A stretch of DNA of 64,000 bases from Tubulanus polymorphus (lineage: Eukaryota; Animalia; Nemertea): assembly GCF_964204645.1 (NCBI RefSeq), contig NC_134036.1, positions 10,891,859-10,955,858 on the forward strand, in the 5' to 3' direction. Positions 48,467 to 62,570 of this stretch are shown one piece after another (positions within the stretch are counted from its first letter, which is position 1; the number at the start of each line of letters is the position of its first letter). The position numbers and the translations under genes were made by a program. Below the pieces are notes generated by a model. It did no database searches, was not told where the DNA came from, and saw only the letters and a list, made by a program, of their open reading frames with translations.

Positions 48467-49018
48467 AACTAGAGGACCAAAGGTCCTGTGCTCTCGAGGT
48501 CCAGTTTTTTTAATAATAGGGCCTATTAATGAAAACATATTACATTATTCATTCTACTACTTTTTAAATATGCAGATCTGTTCACCTGGTGCCCTGGGCC
48601 CTACGGTGAGACTGGAGCCTCAAACAGTGGTAGGCAGGAACAAATACGTCAGATCGATTTGTTTTACCTTAAAAACTTGAGAGTGAGATATGGCCGGTTA
48701 AAAAGTTCAAAAAGATCGACAAACCAAAGTGTATCACATTCAAAGACTTTTTAATACGACAACTTCAATGAAAATCTATGATAAAGTTTACTTCATTCAA
48801 AATACTTATTTCACTGTATGAAAAACGCGCATATTCATAATTAGAAATATTGAATACAAAGTTGCCGGATCTATTTTTGCAGCGTATCTAACCCCATTTA
48901 TCGGATCTTTCGTTAATTCGATGACTGTAAAAATGGTGTGCTTTGGTTCACGGTAAACATACGCGACACAATGCCGACACGCTCGCAATAGCTCTCTCGT
49001 TCCTCGAGAGCTAAAAAA
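48467..49018 (-). mobile_element. HINE-like insertion in YR intron
   Basis: AACTAGAGGACCAAAGGTCC end; hairpin TAGCTCTC..GAGAGCTAAAAA end. Confidence 0.55.
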
Positions 49019-49736
49019 TGTTTATAGGGCCCGGTTAAACCCTCAGTATAATAATGGACTTCCAGAAGTCTCCAAAAGCCCATTACTGCAAGTTTTAAAA
49101 TTATACACAGATTGATGCAGATGTCAATGTCTGCGACAGATTATCCCCATTCTTCTAATATCTTATTGTGTGTAGTCATTTGCCAGGTACAGCAGATTCA
49201 TGTATAGCTGATTGACTACATAGTAACATAGTAATAATGACTTACTGTCGATTTCTATATCATCTAGGTTCTTTCCTTTAAAATCCTTTACTTGGCCATT
49301 TTCAACTGCAATAAGTAGCCGAGCTACTTTTGATTTCTCCAATAGTGATGACTGAAGACGATAATGGTTTATATGTATGTTGACATCGTGTCCCATATGG
49401 TCACAGAGCATTTTCAATTCCTCAGGCTTCATGTCTAGAATCTGAACAAAATTAAAGGGATACCATGATTAGATTATTGATAATCATTAAAACAGAGAAA
49501 TTAAAAACTTATGAAATGGCTATTAACCTGTGAAGTAGTGGCCAGATATCGACGTAGAGCAGATGTTCTGATAGACCCTGGCTCCAAAAGATTCGGGCAT
49601 TCATTCGTTACCACTCTGAATGCCTCACAGCCATCGAGAGGCGTTCGACTAGATTTGCTCTGACTAAAACACAAATTGCGACGTGTTTAGTTTTTAAAGG
49701 AAAAATCACTGATACCATGAATCGTAACCTGTATTA

Positions 49737-49885
49737 CAGTAAACCTCACCTAACTTGGACAAACTAACAAAATCCGAGATAAGGATAGGAAAATACGTTA
49801 GGAAGTCAGAAGACAGTGATTTTGTTTTTCTCCGAGTCAGTAAAAAGTCCAAGTTGGCCATGTCCGAGTAAAGCGAGGTATACTG
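49737..49885. mobile_element. Tigger/pogo-type MITE (TA TSD)
   Basis: TA|CAGTAAACCTC..ACTTGGACA ... TGTCCGAGT..GAGGTATACTG|TA. Confidence 0.7.
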
Positions 49886-51177
49886 TAACGCACAAAAAGC
49901 CTTTGATAGACAATTGAAAATAAATGGATGACAATGTGAAGAATATGGCATTTCAGACATTCGGAAAAAAATTATATTCACTTATGAAAAAAATATTCGT
50001 AAAGAAAACGATCTAGTGACAATCGAATATTATTTCTTTCAAATAAACAACAATGAATTAAAAATGTGGTAGAGATTTATGGAATTTAAGCAAAATGAAA
50101 AAACATTGTGGGAGACCAACAATATAAAACTACTTGTTTTGAGTTTTATACCATTAGAAACCATGAGAAACTTACCGGGCAAACAAGTAAGGATTCAACT
50201 TGTTACTGTTGGTGTTTGAAAGGTATTCAATGGAATCGACCATATCAGTTGTCATTAAAATAAATGCCTTCCTAAGACCACGGGTGCTCTTTCCACGTAC
50301 CTCAAATAGGCTCATCCTAGGAATTGAAACACAGCATCATAACTAGATAAACAGCATGAAGACTGACTTAGAAACTGGCAAAATACTTGACTATTGACAA
50401 TTTCGATAGTGGATACATGTATATACCAAATATCACGAAGATCCAACCTATTGTATCAACTGATGGATGGACGCCTGCCCCTAAGATAGACAGACAACAG
50501 CGTTGAGCTACAAATTTGCAATTGACCGTGTGGTTACCCAATATGCCTAGGTACCAATTAATGGAAAATTTGTATTCACTTCAATACACTGGTGGGGAGC
50601 AGAAATCAGCAGCCTATCGGCTGATATAGCTGGGGTGTTTTGTAAACTTCATTATTTTTATTTATCTAATGGCCCCATCACTAAGGGTATCTTAAAGGAA
50701 ATACAAGCACAGCCATCGAAAACATTTTCAAAATTTCCCTCGAAAACTTCAAAAATGTGGCTAAAAAGTGTAGGACTGGTAGCGATTCATAGAAATGTGG
50801 CCTCGATCTCCTAGGGCACCCCGTGGAGGTCAAATCCGAAAATATTAGTTAAAGCTTTGGCATACAGACCATACAAAAGTTCATCTTGAACTGATAAAAA
50901 CTGTAACACTAGTCGTGATTCATAGAAATATTGGTCTCCACTTTCGTGTCCATCGACCCAATCTTTTCAATCTAATGGGCCCTGGGGGATCTAAATGTAT
51001 GTGAAAGATCAAGATGATTGAAGCGTCTTCAAAATAACCCTCGAAAAATTTTAAAAATATGTAAAATAGCTGATCTCGATTCTGACCGACTTGAAATAAC
51101 TAGTTGGAGGTTTTGAAGACCTTTCAACGAATTGTCGTATTACTGGCTTCTGTCTATAGTAGAATGGACAAAAAACA

Positions 51178-51792
51178 AACTAGGGGTCCAGGGACACCAT
51201 GCCCACTTGGAAAGTGGTTTCAAATGCTCAACAATCTAACAATTTCAATATTCAACGCCCCCTGGTGACCTTATACTGAAACCAATGACCTTGAAACTGA
51301 CCACAATCATAGCAAATGTCATGAGCTACAATTTTGCAATTGATTATGGTAACAAAATATGCCAAGGTACCGGTAATAATATAATACGGAAATAATAAGT
51401 TATTCTACTATTACACGCCCCCTGGTGGCCATATACAAAAACCAATTTTTCTCATGCTGATGGGCCCTTCGGGGATACAAGTATATACGAATGATCAAGG
51501 TTATTGATAAAAGCGTCTTCAAAATTTCGCTCGAAAACTTGAAAAATGTGTAAAAAGTGCTGATTTTGGCGAACAACAATGGCTGCCAGTCAGCCATCTT
51601 GAATCTGACAGGGCCAGTTTTTGGGCTGAAGATGTATCTAGGGTAGATACATGTATAAACCAAATATCAAGACATTACCTTGAAGCGTCTTCCGAAAATA
51701 ACTGGATTCCGTCTACGGACGGACGAACGAACGAACGGACGAAAAGTGAACGCAATAGCCCGCTGGGACTAAAGTCCCAAGTGGGCTAAAAA
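51178..51792 (-). mobile_element. Second copy of the 44937-47369 HINE family, in YR intron
   Basis: Same termini and near-identical internal sequence. Confidence 0.75.
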
Positions 51793-52954
51793 TCAATGCA
51801 CTAGCCCACTGGGACATGAGTACCAAAAGGGTTAAAAATTTTCTAAGCTAGATTTGACTATGTACCGTTGACGATCCTGATGAAGCCAAATTAGTCCAAT
51901 CTGGCTCTCAAAATCATTTCACAGTAAAATCTAACCAAAAACTGCATATTGGTAGGTTTTTTGGGTCTTATCTATGAACCATGATGATCATTGTGAAGAA
52001 AAAGTGCATTATACATAAATTGACATGTTGAAATACTGAGTTTACTGGGTAAATTCTTACCTTTTCACTAGGGCCTGCTCTACTTTATCTAACGACTGGA
52101 GAATTTCACGATTTTCTGTCTGCTGACATTCATTTATTTCGTGTCTTTTAATTTCGGCCACTTCCGAAACTCTTCTTTTATTAAACATGGCTATTCTTAC
52201 GAGTGTTAATTGAGCCATGAATGTCCATTGTTTGGAATCAGGTGATTTTATTTTCATACATTGCTCCATTTCCTGGAGACTCCAGGTCTTTAATGTGATT
52301 AGATCATTCGTCAAAGGTATGACTGATTTCTTGTTTATCTTTCTGATCCCTTTTCTCCGATTTGCAACACATGACACCGAATTATTCCAATGAGCTATGT
52401 ACAAGTATTCGAAATCTTTACCATCATTTTGAATGGTTTCATTTTTCATCTTGATTCCATAGCTTATTTTGAGAATTATCAGATGTTTAACGTAACTTCC
52501 AAGTTCGACAGCCAATTGTGGTGAATCCGCTTCTTCGGACAATGATTTCACAGCTTTCACAACTTTGTTGAAATTAGTTCCACTAACATAAAAGCTCATG
52601 TCGTGGTTGGCATCAGCATTAAGTTTGAAGAGCAATCTTCCGATCACACGCACTTTAGAGCGTATATTAGTAATATCTTTCAATCAACGCTCCTCTGTTG
52701 TCCCAAGCCTACCTAACATTGAGACAGCAAATTCTCTTATCAATACATCATCTTCGATCACTTGAGATAAACCGGGATTAGCTGAAGTCCCTCTCAAAGT
52801 TAACACTTTGCTAAGCGCACTACCATCAACATCGTCATCATCATTGAAAAAAGGCATTATCATGAGCCTACCGCATCGAACAAAATCGTTTGATGGTTCT
52901 TTGGAAGCAGGACGCAAGGGGCACGAATTCATGTGTCCATAACGAGTTTTTATG

Positions 52955-54699
52955 GAACAACCCCCTTAAATTAATTGCCCTCTTATCTGACCAGTCAGTC
53001 AGAGATAATATTAATAATGCTCTACAAGAAAGAAAAAATGGTGTTTATTCTGATATTTGTGATGGTAGTGTGTATAAAAATTCAGAGCTGTTAGAACCAT
53101 CATTCAAAATCATTTTGTACCAGGATGGCTTTGAGGTGGTCAATCCTCTTGGCTCGGCTAAGAAGAAACACTAACTTTTAGGTGTTTATTTTTCACTTGT
53201 TATTTTCCATCCTTGGAACAGGTCCAAAACTGAGCAAATGCCACTTGTATTGCTGTGCACTGAGAATGATATGAAAGAATTTGGCTCAGAGAAAATATTT
53301 GAAACCTTGATATCTGATCTATGTGAAATCCGAAATGATGGCTTGCTTGTTAATGTTAAAAAGTGTTTGGTTGTGTTGTTAATATAGTTGGAGACAACCT
53401 AGGTAGCCATACAACGGTGGCTTTCTGGAAAGTTTCAGTGCACACTACTTTTGTAGGTACTTTCTTATAACAATAGATGACTTCAAAAATGGCAAAAATG
53501 ATGCCCCACTTAGAACTCCAAATCACTATGATGATGCTGTACGAAAAATAGTCGATGAAGATCTAGATTCATATGAGGGTATAAAGCATAATAGCACGTT
53601 TAACCGTATACCAGATTTCCATGTGTGTGACCCTAGATTACCACCTTGTCTTGGTCATGACCTCTTTGAGGGTGTCGTAACCTATGACCTAGCTCTGTGT
53701 ATCAAGTATTTTGTGACATCCAAACAATGGTTTACTTATGAACAATTGAATAGAAAAATCAACAAGTTTCCTTTCAAATCTTATGATAGTCGCAATCGAC
53801 CAGCTACCTTAGATGCAAAGAACCTGAAAGTAGGAGGTCATGCTGTTCAGACATGGAATTTTCTTAGGAAGCTGCCTTTTCTAATTGGAGAAAAAATTTC
53901 AGATAAAATTGATAATGTTTGGTTGCTAATTCTGTCATTAAGAAAGATTGTTGAGTTAGTTTGTGCACCTTGTATCTCTGATGGTATGTTGTTGTCTTTA
54001 CAACGTTTGATAGCAGAATATTTGAAAGACCGCCGTGAGTTATTTCCTGATTCTGCACTTCGACCAAAACATCACTATTTGTGGCATTACCCATACTTGA
54101 TAAGGTGTTTTGGGCCCTTGATGCGCGTGTGGGCGATGAGATTTGAACAGAAGCACAAGTACTTTAAAAATGCTGTCAGGCAGGTTAAAAATTTCATCAA
54201 CATCACGAAAACACTTGCAGAACGACATGAATTATTACAAGCATATCTTCTGCAAGGGTCTCTATTTATGGCTACTGAATCATCCGAAGAAAAATGTATG
54301 CCTCTTGTATTGGATATGTACAATGATAAAATCAAAAGTGCTATACTTGACAAAGAGAAAAATAACATTTCACTGTCAAACTGCTTTGTGACATCGAAAC
54401 TTAGTTACCGGAATACAGCATACCATCAGGACGCAATTGTTGTTTTGGAATTTGGGTTAGATGAAACTGATTTCGGGATAATACAGTTTGTGATTTCACA
54501 GAAAAATGAGAAATTCTTATTACTGCGGAAAGTCAAGGGGATTTACCTGCCAGGCTTAGGACTTTACAAAATAAACGAAGAATCATCTGAATATACCTGT
54601 ACAAGTATCATCAGTATTGCTGACTACCAACCTCTTGTTGCATATTACATAGATGCGGACAAATATTTGACACTGAAACATGCTAAATTCTATAAATAA
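52955..54699 (+). pseudogene. EnSpm/CMC transposase, disrupted
   Basis: LYQDGFEVVNPLGSAKKKH, GDNLGSH, PPCLGHDLFEGVV, RPKHHYLWHYP..FGPL..WAMRFEQKHKYFK. Confidence 0.9.
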
Positions 54700-54872
54700 A
54701 TAGGTAGGCTTTTTCAAAGATGATAGATAAGCTTGGTCTAATTTGTAATATTTTACTTAACTGGTACTTCAGAATTCTAAATTTAGGCCCCTCTAGATAA
54801 TATGAGCCCAAACAATAATGCTTAAAATGGAATACAATTGATTAATGAGATTTTTTTATATTTTGATAACAG

Positions 54873-57848
54873 GCAGCTAGGTGGTTCAGCAATGGACAAT
54901 AGAAGTATCAGGACGTATATAGAGGAAGTTTGTGGGACTGTTGATGATGGATTTATAAAATCCCTTTTTGACATGGGGGTTGAACATGTTGATGATTTGA
55001 AATATTTGATGGAAGAGGATATAAGCTGTTTACATGTGATCAAACGCAGAAAGTTATTAGATTCTCTTAAACCAAGAGGTAAGTCATTCTGTTAAGGATG
55101 TACAAAGAAGGTCTCTGGACCAGTTGACATAATTTTCAGGGTATTTCCCGTCAGATATTAGTAAATCGTTGGAAAGTAATCAAACATTAAATCCGTCTCA
55201 ATTCAAGTTGTTAAAAACATAATCGCGAGCGAAATCATGGACAAAAACTCGACAATGGCTTTCCTTCGTTAAGGAGAATCGCGTTAGCTGTAACACGCCG
55301 GTATCCGTGTTTAAAAGATACGGATTTACAGGGGAGACCATTGGGAGATGGGTCTCAATCTCTTTTAAAGGCTATTCATTGGCGAATAGTCAATTGCAAT
55401 AGGTCCGGGGCTAGTGTGGATGAAAACGCTGGCAACAGAAAATCGAAGAAAAATACTACTGATAAGTATGGCTGTGTGAACTGGGAATGCAGTTTACTAG
55501 AGAGCGAGACCGCGGAATCGCAAGCTGATAAACAAACTTTTTTGAAGGAACTGTATTCAAAAGGTGATACATTTGATCTTCAAACGATTAGGCAGACTAT
55601 GAATGCTACGTACGCATCGCAAAGGAAATGTATCAACCGTAATCAGGGCGGGGTTGTGCCAGTTGTAGATGAATGCCCATTTCTTTTCCGTTATGAAGTT
55701 TTAATGGACCATTTTGATACGCTCATGCAGGTCAATTCGAGGGACTTATTTAATGAGGCGCTCTATGCCAGGAACAAAGCTAATCGCATTTGGACGTTTG
55801 TTAAGTCAATCGCTAAGAAATCCACTGCAATGGAGGATTGGATTGCCGTGATCGAAAAACAGTGCAATGAAATGAAATGTGTCGAACCACAAGTGCACGG
55901 TGTTATTCCCCTACTTATGGCTGTGTTTGGTGAAAAAAGCGAAAATGCGTCAAAGTCTATGAGGTAAGTTAATAAACATTTTTGACTGCATACTTTACTC
56001 AGTGTGATGTACTTCCAAGAATGTCAATTTCAGACCGCTTCCGTGTATGCTTTTACGCGATATATAGGGATGCTTACTTTATTAACGTCTAACTATCTGT
56101 ATGTTCTTTATCAGGGTTTCCGCGTGGCTGTCTTTTTATCGTTAAACTGACATTTTTCCCCAGCTAAAAGTGGTCCTATTTTCCCCAGATCTGAAAAATT
56201 CCTCCGAGGAATTGTGAAATGAAATTGATAATTTGTTCTCTAAAGACGTTTTAGTGTTCTCATTTGAGTTTATTTCAATGTAATGATCGCTGATGTTGTA
56301 GAGAAGTAGTAACAACACATAGGCCATACGTACGTACCTTCCCTACAAAGCATAGTGTAATCACCCAGACAGTAGGTCAATGACATTCCTGTTTACCCTA
56401 TTTTCAATAATGGTTTAGTCCATACAAGTTGTGACTGAGACTACATGAATGAATGAAGTTCACGTGACAGACAGTACTCTATTATAGTTTTAAATACAGG
56501 CTTGTACATTATACCCCCATTATAATGACTACGGGACATTTTTTACCATCATTTGTTTATGGATTGCCCTTGATGTTCATTATCTTGAAAAGGGGTATCA
56601 AAGGTTTATCAAACGTCGTTTATGCTGAAAGTCTTTCTGGCACTAACCACGGGCAGTTAAGAGACATATGATTGATTTTTTTTTCTTTTTTCAGAACAAG
56701 ACCGCTGCTGAGAAAGACGGTGTATATCCATGTATCCATTTATTTGTGTGATTGGTAAGTTAGGGAGCAAAATTTCAATAGTTGTGTCAATTAGAATAAC
56801 TCTAATTCTTTCTCACACTCACGCCACCCTTTTGCCAAAGTTGGAACTATTGATTGATGATTACTCATCAGCCTACAGTCAACCCCCAATATACCGCCAC
56901 CCCACCTACCACCAGGATTTTTCTGAAAGTACATCTCTATACAAATACATAGTAAAACACCCCCGATATACCACCATACTCTCTATACACCCAAAGTCGT
57001 TCTGCAGTCGTTCATGGGCGCAGTATATTGGGGGTTGACTGTATTGACATATTTGTATTCAGGATAAATAAGACTATTTATGTCAGATAAAAATCACTGC
57101 TCACGACCAATGCCCCATGCTGCGAGAAAGCCGTCCATTGGACGGGTAATCGGCTTGTCCCTAATAAGACATTGTTTAAGGTGGCTAAAAGCAGCGATTC
57201 AATTGCTGTCTTTAATGTATTCCTCCTGCTAACATGTTTTGAAATTCTATGTAGGTGAGGATTTCTTTCACACAGATTTTTGTCTCATAGCTGTTGATTG
57301 CTTAATGAGAATCGAAGTGAAAAGCTGGAACGAAGCCGTGGAATGTTGGTTCGCTCTTCACTACGTTTTAAACATCGAGTATAGTCAAGATACAAAAACC
57401 ACCCTGGAATTTCTTCAGAGGTAAGCCTACAATAATGTAATAAATAGTCATAGAAACCACATATCCATTGCATCCACGAAAAAAGACAGGCTGGCCAGAG
57501 TGCCCTGGGTGTCTTGTTGTATCATTTGGCCCGTTAGGTTAGATGCAGTGCCCAAAACTTCTAGGTGGCAGTCTTTCACATACGGTCTTGTCAATCAAAA
57601 TCATCAGGTTAGTCCTAGTGATGACAGTGTTAGATCCCAGAAATCGGGAAAAAGAAACCATGTTCCTAATACTCTGTTGCTTCTTAGGACTGTGATCTTC
57701 ACTACTCACTACTCGTCTTGCTGTCCAATTTTATTTTAGGTGCATCTTGAACATAAATCCAGAAAAGTCGAAGAAACGGAGTGTCAATCCGAAGATAACG
57801 AAATTTGTCAACTCGTTGAAAGAGAGGGAGTCAGATTGGAATATTTAA
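54873..57848 (+). pseudogene. Spliced SAMD3-like accessory gene (copy 2)
   Basis: SAM-like exon (MGVEHVDDLKYLMEEDI), 55146-55963 exon, ~56695-56753, 57254-57420 (FALHYVLNIEY..TLEFLQR), 57740-57848 (NINPEK..VNPKI); GT-AG boundaries. Confidence 0.7.
56876..57041. mobile_element. Tigger/pogo-type MITE (TA TSD)
   Basis: TA|CAGTCAACCCCCAATATAC ... GTATATTGGGGGTTGACTG|TA. Confidence 0.85.
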
Positions 57849-58989
57849 ATTCACGTACCACGATGTTACTGTAGGACTCTAGACAGGACATTGTTTTGTT
57901 TCATTCAGCCTGTCCCACAAAAACGTATCCTAACATTTCACTATCCCCGGTTTCATTAATAATAATTCTTTCTAGACTCATTCATTCCAGATTGAAGGTA
58001 TCATAATTCATTTCTCTTTAACCTGGGACACCTAAAGTTCAAAATACTTTTTCATGTGGGGACTGCAGTGCAATTGTACAGTTTATTTTGTTAAAAGTTT
58101 TCAAAAAAGTTTTTGTAAGACTCAATTGTTGCAAGTTTTCAAAAGTTTGGAGGCTATTCATTTTCAGTGCAATTGTGTTGTTATTTAGTAATAAAGAGCC
58201 ATCAGGTATGGTTATGATAGTTTGATTAGTCAGTGTGTGACTGATTCTGGGACCATAAGGCTTATGCTGAAACATTTAAATAACATGTACAATTATGTTA
58301 CATTTAGTGTAGGAATCTAAAGTACTAGGACATGGTTTTATTTCGTAGTTTAATTTTAGACTAATTTTGTTAAAAGACTACATTTGCTGAAAATTTTCAA
58401 AAATTTCGAGGCTATTAATTTCCAGAACATTGTGTTGTTTAAAAGCATTATTTAGTAATACAAGAGCCATCAGGTATGGTTATGATAGTTTGATTAGTCA
58501 GTGTGACTGGTTCTGGGACCATAAGGCTTACGCTGAAACAAGATAGATGTATAAGATAGATATGGTTTTGTGTATTCTGTGGTCCATTTTTCTAGCACTT
58601 GGGAGTTACACTTCAACAAAATTGTTGTTTTTTGAAATTATGGAAATAATCTGTAACAATTATAGAAATCTTCCAAGTCTTCATAGTCAAATCTTCTATC
58701 ACTTGTATTGCAAAATTATTCCCATAATCTTTAAAAACATTTATTGTATTTTTACAAAGAAATATTGGCAGCAAAGTTGACAATTACAATGTTGTAGAAT
58801 GTGCTAATTACAGTTTAAATTTGTATAAGAATATGACAGTTTTGCTTGTAAAAGTCAATTTTTTTGTTGTACTTTCGCAACATTAATTGTATTGTAAATT
58901 GATTGTTGCGATTGTATTTTAGCACATTTTACAACATTGTAATTGTCAACTTTGCTGCCAATATTTTAACAGTGTATATCATCTAGTGA

Positions 58990-59124
58990 ACTGAAGTTTG
59001 TGCGGGTACGTCCACTTTACAAAGCAGGCAATAATGACTCTTCTGATAATAACAGACCGATATCTGTACTGCCTTGCTTTTCCAGAATTCTGGAAAAATC
59101 GTATGTAATCGAATAACGGAATAT
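58990..59124 (+). pseudogene. Non-LTR (CR1/L2-like) RT fragment
   Basis: KFVRVRPLYKAG..DNNRPISVLPCFSRILEK. Confidence 0.7.
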
Positions 59125-60013
59125 TGTAACACAGTTTCATAGTATTGATACGCTGGTCACAATCCTCTCCTTAGTCGTACAATAATATAAGCAATAATCG
59201 GTCCCTGGCGAGAGAACGTGTCCGCGCACAAACCCAAGTAAAACTAGAATACCGGGAATTTTGAATGGATAAAACAATACAAGATGAATTTATTTAACTT
59301 AATATTTAAACACAGCTCTCCAGTTTAATACAATCCAAATCCTAGCTCTAAATTCCTATTGCACTCTCCTGCGGGTAACCCGTCCTGAATCATGTCCCAA
59401 ACAAGCTTTTAACAAGTAACTATCGAATCTCTATCGAGTGTCTCTTGAATGTCTCTTGAGTGTCTCTTGAGTGTCTGCCCTCTCAAGATGTGGGTCCCTT
59501 TTATAGAAAGATTCGGCATTCTTAAAATACCGACTCTCCCACAGCAACCTAACTGTCATGACTGTTTTGGTCATATAGAATTTAGCCTTAACGATTCGCT
59601 GATCTAAAATTATTTTCAAAACTGATTTGCTGAACTAACTTTTTCCTTCCAACCCTCCTGTCATGACGCGAAATGATTTACTCACTCCTTGCTTATCATC
59701 GTTGAGAGAACAGCTATTCTCGAGTTACCAACAGACGTATACAACAAGATAAACTTTAGAGAGCTAGTATTATCATTTAACACAAATTAATTTTCTTAAA
59801 ACTTTAGCGATTATAGAGAATTTGTTCTCAATTAACATCTAGGATATTCAAACTAAATATATTTTCGAAACTTTAGTATTTGTCTCAAATTACGGTACCA
59901 ATGATTATTTCTTTTTGAATTATTATAAATACTTTTGAGTCGGAACTTCATTATGATCCATTATCTTTCTTAAAATCATTCTATAACTGTAATACTAAAT
60001 AAATTTGATTACA
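59125..60013 (-). mobile_element. Probable solo LTR
   Basis: TGTAA...TTACA termini, flanks ATAT/ATAC, minus-strand AATAAA (~59290) and TATA-like (~59500). Confidence 0.5.
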
Positions 60014-62570
60014 ATACGGGATAAAGCAAAACAACAATGTCTCTCCATACTTCCGTTTTCCTTTTTATAGAAAGTAGTCGGGAGTATCATGAAGTAACAG
60101 CGTGATTCTTTCACCTTTCTTTGTTTGTTTCTGTATTCTTCAACTTCAACGGCATTTTTTCCGAACAGCAACGAGTTCTACTAACTAATACATATTATAC
60201 TAACCACTATACAAGATAGATGGGATGTACAATATGACTTATGTGTAAAATGAGGATGTTAATATCAATTGATATATTATACAGGTGTATAACCGTTCAT
60301 TACTATGGCTTCTGCAATGGACAGTCAGATCACTCATTTTCAAGAACGCTTTACACAGATTTGGCACTGATTGCTCCGTGTATTTCTATCTACCTTACTA
60401 TTATCAATCATCAAATTGTTTTTACTGTTCCCTCAGTCATCTCCCCTACAGACTGATTGTACTGTACCCTCAGTCATCTCCCCCTAAAGACGGATTGTAC
60501 TGGACCCTCCTCAGTCATCTCGCCTTACACACTGATTGCAATGTTCCTTTAATCATACCTCCTTGCACTTCCTTTTGGTCCTTCCGATTATTCTTGCCGC
60601 ATCGACGATTGTTCACGTATACCTTCCGGGCAGCACTTCTTAATTCTTTCAGTTTTTTTCCGATTTTTTGGATACGAGGCACGAGGTACAACTGGGGGGG
60701 GGGGGGGGCGGCTGGTACGAGAACCGATATTGGCAATTTCATTATAAACGGTGATTAGGTCGCCCTGTAGTTCGTGCCTGTTGCGATTGTTGCTTTGGTG
60801 GGATCGACGCATCAGATAACACTGCGAAGACGATCTTCCATGTTGTGGCGCCGTGGCGGACTCTAAGAAGGCGCTAAGAATGATCCGATAAGCCATTGCA
60901 TTGATGTACTATACCCGGCGGGAAATTTAGAGAAAGAATATTATCGAACGTACGAACTATAAAACTTTAGAGGTACTGTAATGAAATTTTTTGGAATTTC
61001 TATCATAATACTAATGAAAATTATTTGACTCGCACCTGCTCATAGAATCCGCCGTTAATAATAACTTCCCTTTACCACTTTAACCCTGAAATTATTGCAT
61101 GAATTCCTAACATTACGCCGAGTTGGGTCCGATAACTCCAGTTTCCTCGTTTGTTCGCGCAATCATCGACAACATTTCAGCTCGTAGAATCACTACGAAT
61201 GATTTCGAGCGAAGTTGCTGTTCCACGCAGAAGTGTTAAGTAAAACATCTGCGTAACGAATGGTCGCCCACGCAGCAGTGACTCGCGTCCTGCAGACCGA
61301 CGGCAATGTTATTTCCTGCACGAAAAAGCGTGTATTTCCCTGGTTGGAGTGAGCCCAATCCCGCCGTATGACCTGTTCTATCTTCATAAGCATTATTATC
61401 AGCACTCATGTTTGTTCGTTATGTGCCTATGCTTAGTTATCGGTATGATCGGTTGTCACTGTTGCCCCTGCTTGGATAACCCTAGCGATTAATTCCCATG
61501 AGAGCCATCCTGCATATTTCGCAAAAAATAATTCTGTCCCTTGTCTTGTCCTTTTTAATGTTTCTTTCGTTGGAAACAACTATAAGCCTGATACTAATTA
61601 TGTTCAAACTGATACAAACTTACGATGTGCAAGTGGGGTACTTGCACACTGCCTCTTAGTTCTGTGCCTTTTGAGGTCATGTCCTCTCTTGAACCTCCCC
61701 CTAAAAACCCTACACACGTGTATGCAAACTTTTGGTAGATTGGTGATTGAGCTAAGTGAAATATTTGCCCAAACTCTCCTTCATTCCTGGGATGTCGATC
61801 TCCTCTTCTGTTGACGTTTATATTTTGCCAAGTAAAGAACATTATGCAAGAAGCCATTCCATACTGTTTTCTTTTATAAACTTAATTAAACATCTACTGC
61901 TGGGCTACTAGCGTGCGCCCCTAGCCTAGTCGAGTCAGGTGAATATCCAAACTCGTGACGAGTTTCGAGCAAATTGAACGCCTCTGATGTCCCGACACTG
62001 CGTTTTTCATGTCCCTCATTCGTTCGCATTTGTATCGTCTGGCGTATGTTTCAAGCGGAAATACCGGGCATATTATGTTTACGCTCTGCTCAGACCAGAC
62101 ACAGTTTTTTTTCGTACGCGTCCGTTTTGGATTGCCTGATGTCGATGCGATGCTGATAATTCCAGAGCTAAGGCCCATTGTCTGTGCTACTGAGCATATA
62201 TTCATACAAATCATTCATTAGACCATTATCCATTCTCCAAACCCTATGGAGCTGAATTTTGAGAAAAGTCCGCGTTGAAATTTTATGAGCTATTTCGCGA
62301 AAATCTGAATGCAAAAATATTCGTTTTAAAAAGCCAATCAGAAGGCAAAGACTCCTCTCTCCGCTTTGCCGCAGAAATCAGCAGGTGTTCATCAATTAGA
62401 GTTGTGAAATCCTATCAGTTCAAAAAGTATTAATGCCTTCATGGGAAAAGTCTTCAATTGCAGTCATGAAATTCAAACTGGTTGTATTATCAATATTGCT
62501 ATAACAACATTATTATTGCCATGCTGTGAAGACGTAGTAATAGTAATATGACATTGTAACTGAGTTGAAA

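Larger units (their letters stand above)
47543..52950 (-). pseudogene. Six-exon Crypton-like tyrosine recombinase with C-terminal Myb/SANT-like domain; 5' truncated, one nonsense codon
   Basis: Exons ~52950-52061, 50316-50176, 49663-49528, 49441-49246, 47979-47832, 47739-47543 with GT-AG ends; FNKRRVSE, VRGK, TSALRRY, DHMGHDVNIHINHY; RKRWSDEE..GRTTAQIRSRV; TGA at 52684-52686. Confidence 0.8.
52955..58974 (+). mobile_element. EnSpm/CACTA-type element, left end missing, right end CACTG
   Basis: Transposase + spliced SAMD3-like gene; subterminal direct repeats (~58181/~58449); subterminal inverted repeat (58761-58807 / 58919-58966); terminus ...TTAACAGTG. Confidence 0.8.

Noticed and set aside
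51875-51912. Second hammerhead (CTGATGA + AGCCA/TGGCT stem)
   Set aside because: The required GAAA after stem II is missing
60241-62221. Several 60-157 aa ORFs
   Set aside because: No motifs; overlap short tandem repeats and a G-run; likely spurious or unidentifiable remnants
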